Below, in pieces: positions 61,346-64,000 of a DNA stretch of 64,000 nucleotides (its first letter is position 1; every line of letters starts with the position of its first letter). A program made the position numbers and the translations under genes. This DNA is from Leptospira sp. (GTDB lineage: Bacteria > Spirochaetota > Leptospiria > Leptospirales > Leptospiraceae), in assembly GCA_034439575.1 (NCBI GenBank), contig JAWXAQ010000012.1:143815-207814 (forward strand), given 5' to 3'. The notes beneath the pieces were generated by a model. That model had not been told where the DNA came from. It ran no database searches and saw nothing but the letters and a program-made list of their open reading frames with translations.

Positions 61346-64000
61346 ATGAAAGCAAAGTCGGTTCAGGAAATAGCAAAACTCTATACGGATTTTTTTAAAG
61401 AAAACGGACATACCATTGTCCCTTCTTCCAGTTTGATTCCCGCTGGGGATCCTACACTTTTATTCACTACGGCTGGCATGGTCCAGTTCAAACCTCTTTT
61501 TACAGGGGCCGTAGAACTTCCTTACTCGAGAGCTGCCTCCATACAAAAATGTGTAAGAACGACAGATTTAGAAGTCGTTGGAAAAACTGAAAGGCATTGT
61601 ACGTTTTTTGAAATGCTTGGCAATTTTTCTTTCGGCGATTATTTTAAAAAAGAAGCCATCAAATTTGCGTTAGATTTTTCACTTAACAAATTAGAAATCC
61701 CAAAAGATAAAATTTGGGTTACCATTTATCTTGATGATGATGAAGCTATGGAAATCTGGAAGGCTAATGGGATTCCTGAAGAAAGAATTGTTCGTCTCGG
61801 CAAAAAAGATAATTTCTGGGGTCCTGCAGGAGACAGTGGGGCATGTGGTCCATGTTCTGAATTGTATTTGGATCGAGGTCCAGAAAAAGGTGGGCCAAAT
61901 TGCGGAAATAATCCTGATTGCAAACCAGGTTGTGACTGTGATCGTTATTTAGAATATTGGAATTTAGTATTTAACCAATTCAATCAAACCACTTCTGGCG
62001 AACTACAGCCACTCAAACAAACTGGGATCGACACAGGTTCGGGACTTGAACGAGTCGCAATGTTATTGCAAGAAGTAGATTCGGTTTATGATACAGATGA
62101 ATTAAAAAATATCATACAAGCCATCGAAGTTCTTTCTGGAAAAAAATACGATCAGTTTACAAAAGTTAACTTCCGAGTCATCACAGACCATTCTAGATCT
62201 GTATTCTTTTCTATCGGTGATAGGATTTATCCTGATCGCACTGGTCGTGGTTATGTGATACGTAGACTTATCCGAAGGGCCTCGCTATTTGCCAGAAAAC
62301 TGGGGATCAACGAACCATTTTTATATAAATTAGTGGCTAAGTTATGCGATATTTATTCTGCACGTTACCCTGAATTAAAGAATAGAGCAACTGAAATCCA
62401 AAATGTAATCCAAAAAGAAGAAGAATTGTTTTTAAACACTTTGGAAGTCGGATTGGAAGAATTGGAACTACTTCTATCAAATTTAAAAAGTAATAATAAG
62501 ACAGAAGTTAGCGGGAAAGAGAGTTTCCGGCTTTATTCGACCTATGGCTTTCCTATGGAAATGACAAGAGAACTTGTCATTGATAGAGGTTTTACCTTTA
62601 ACCAGAAAGAATTTGAAATAGAACTGGAAAAAGATAGGGATTTATCGCGTGCAAGTTGGAAAGGGAAAAAAGTAACTTATCTAACTGGGATCACGGACAC
62701 AAACAAATTAAAAACAGAATTTGTCGGATACAAAGATCTGAAAGCAAAATCGGAAGTATTATATCTGTTTCGCGAAGGAAAACCTGTGGATTCTTTGAAG
62801 GCAGGTGAAGAGGGTGTGATCGTTTTGAACCGTTCCCCTTTTTATGCAGAAGGTGGTGGTCAGATCGGGGATATTGGATATCTTAAATCAAATGATTCCC
62901 AGTTCCAAGTCCAAGACACCCAAAAAGAAAACGATACCTTCCTACATATGGGCCTCGTTATGCGCGGAGAAATCAGAAGTGGAGTGAGTATAGACGCGGA
63001 AGTGGATGAACAAAGAAGACAAAATTTAGCAAAACACCATTCCGGCACACATTTATTAAATGGAGCTTTGAGGCGAACACTCGGTGATCACGTCAGCCAA
63101 AAAGGATCTATCGTGTCCCCAGATTATTTGCGCTTCGATTTTTCACATATGGCAGCACTGACAGGCGAAGAATTGGTCAAAATTGAAAGGGATGTGAATG
63201 CCGCTATTTCTAATGGTATCGAAGTTTTAACAGAAGTTTTGCCGATTGAAAAAGCCAAAACCTCTGGCGCCTTGTCTATGTTTGACGAAAAGTATGGCAA
63301 CGAAGTCCGTGTAATTAGCATGGGTGACAAATCCAAAGAGTTTTGTGGCGGAACGCACGTTAGCAACACAAATCAGATTTCTTTTTTTGCAATTATTAAA
63401 GAAGGAAGCCCAGGAGCTGGAAATCGAAGGATAGAAGCCCTTTGCGGGGATTCCGTTGTTGATTATTTCCAATCTGCATTTCAGGTTTTATCCGAAAAAG
63501 TAAACGATTATAATTTGAACGCCAAAGATGTGTATGGTGATTTGAAGGACCAAGGCATTTTGGATAAAATCCCTGCTCCAGAAGATATCCAAGTTCTATT
63601 TGAGACAAAAAGAACAGAAGCTGTAGAAGAATTAAGGAATCTTAAAAAAAGTTTAGAACTCAAACTTGAAGAAAAATCAAGTTTGTTATTCAAAGAGAAA
63701 AAAAAGAAAGAAGCTCTTTCATTTGAAATGAATCCAGCTTTGGTTGAAGAGATTTTAAATTCCAAGGAAATCATAGGTTCTATAGTAATCGTTAAACGCG
63801 TGTTTGATTCTGTGGATGCGAAATCCTTAAAAGATTTATGTGATTCTTTAAAATCTAAGGAAGAAAATATACTTTGTCTTTTCGGTTCTAAAGATCAAGA
63901 TTCATCTACTTTAGTTTATATGTGCAATAAAGTTTTAAATGATAAAGGTTTGCATTGCGGAAACCTTTTGAAATTATCTTTAGAACATTTGGGTGGGAAG
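61346..64000 (+). CDS. alaS: Alanine--tRNA ligase (partial, runs off the right edge)
   Basis: Not in the ORF track; read from ATG 61346: [11 protein letters not shown]...[71 protein letters not shown]. Confidence 0.98.
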   Translation, partial: MKAKSVQEIAKLYTDFFKENGHTIVPSSSLIPAGDPTLLFTTAGMVQFKPLFTGAVELPYSRAASIQKCVRTTDLEVVGKTERHCTFFEMLGNFSFGDYFKKEAIKFALDFSLNKLEIPKDKIWVTIYLDDDEAMEIWKANGIPEERIVRLGKKDNFWGPAGDSGACGPCSELYLDRGPEKGGPNCGNNPDCKPGCDCDRYLEYWNLVFNQFNQTTSGELQPLKQTGIDTGSGLERVAMLLQEVDSVYDTDELKNIIQAIEVLSGKKYDQFTKVNFRVITDHSRSVFFSIGDRIYPDRTGRGYVIRRLIRRASLFARKLGINEPFLYKLVAKLCDIYSARYPELKNRATEIQNVIQKEEELFLNTLEVGLEELELLLSNLKSNNKTEVSGKESFRLYSTYGFPMEMTRELVIDRGFTFNQKEFEIELEKDRDLSRASWKGKKVTYLTGITDTNKLKTEFVGYKDLKAKSEVLYLFREGKPVDSLKAGEEGVIVLNRSPFYAEGGGQIGDIGYLKSNDSQFQVQDTQKENDTFLHMGLVMRGEIRSGVSIDAEVDEQRRQNLAKHHSGTHLLNGALRRTLGDHVSQKGSIVSPDYLRFDFSHMAALTGEELVKIERDVNAAISNGIEVLTEVLPIEKAKTSGALSMFDEKYGNEVRVISMGDKSKEFCGGTHVSNTNQISFFAIIKEGSPGAGNRRIEALCGDSVVDYFQSAFQVLSEKVNDYNLNAKDVYGDLKDQGILDKIPAPEDIQVLFETKRTEAVEELRNLKKSLELKLEEKSSLLFKEKKKKEALSFEMNPALVEEILNSKEIIGSIVIVKRVFDSVDAKSLKDLCDSLKSKEENILCLFGSKDQDSSTLVYMCNKVLNDKGLHCGNLLKLSLEHLGGK

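Overview
AT-rich (roughly mid-30s % GC by eye), gene-dense chromosomal segment that looks like a Leptospira species (DUF1577/YcgR-GAZ protein, MPL17-like and Lsa16-like proteins, Cys-rich lipoprotein, 7TM-DISM-SpoIIE protein, ahpC-sufB pair). It is mostly core genome: yggS-proC, initiator tRNA-Met, a GAF-GGDEF cyclase, mnmA, rluA, an M16 peptidase pair, an amidase, tRNA-Leu(CAA), ahpC-sufB, rlmN, a complete alternative complex III (actABCDEF) operon, lgt, pcnB, thiL, rplM-rpsI and a partial alaS. I found no CRISPR array, transposase, integrase or prophage gene. I cannot confirm a wholly new system from sequence alone. The best candidates are: (1) an ATP-grasp ligase fused to a Cys-motif FMN alpha-hydroxy-acid dehydrogenase next to mnmA; (2) an 842-aa membrane-anchored, largely disordered scaffold with a duplicated oppositely charged helical domain, a [DE]RR array and LP[DE]PxD repeats, paired with a dual cNMP-domain protein; (3) an ACIII whose ActB keeps the four-Cys FS0 motif and whose operon carries a seventh lipoprotein gene; (4) an ABC-F gene with a uORF and hairpin leader; and (5) several clean operator palindromes (Per box at ahpC, Fur-like box at actA, 42-bp double operator at doxX). 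All product calls come from motif recognition by eye; no database search was run.
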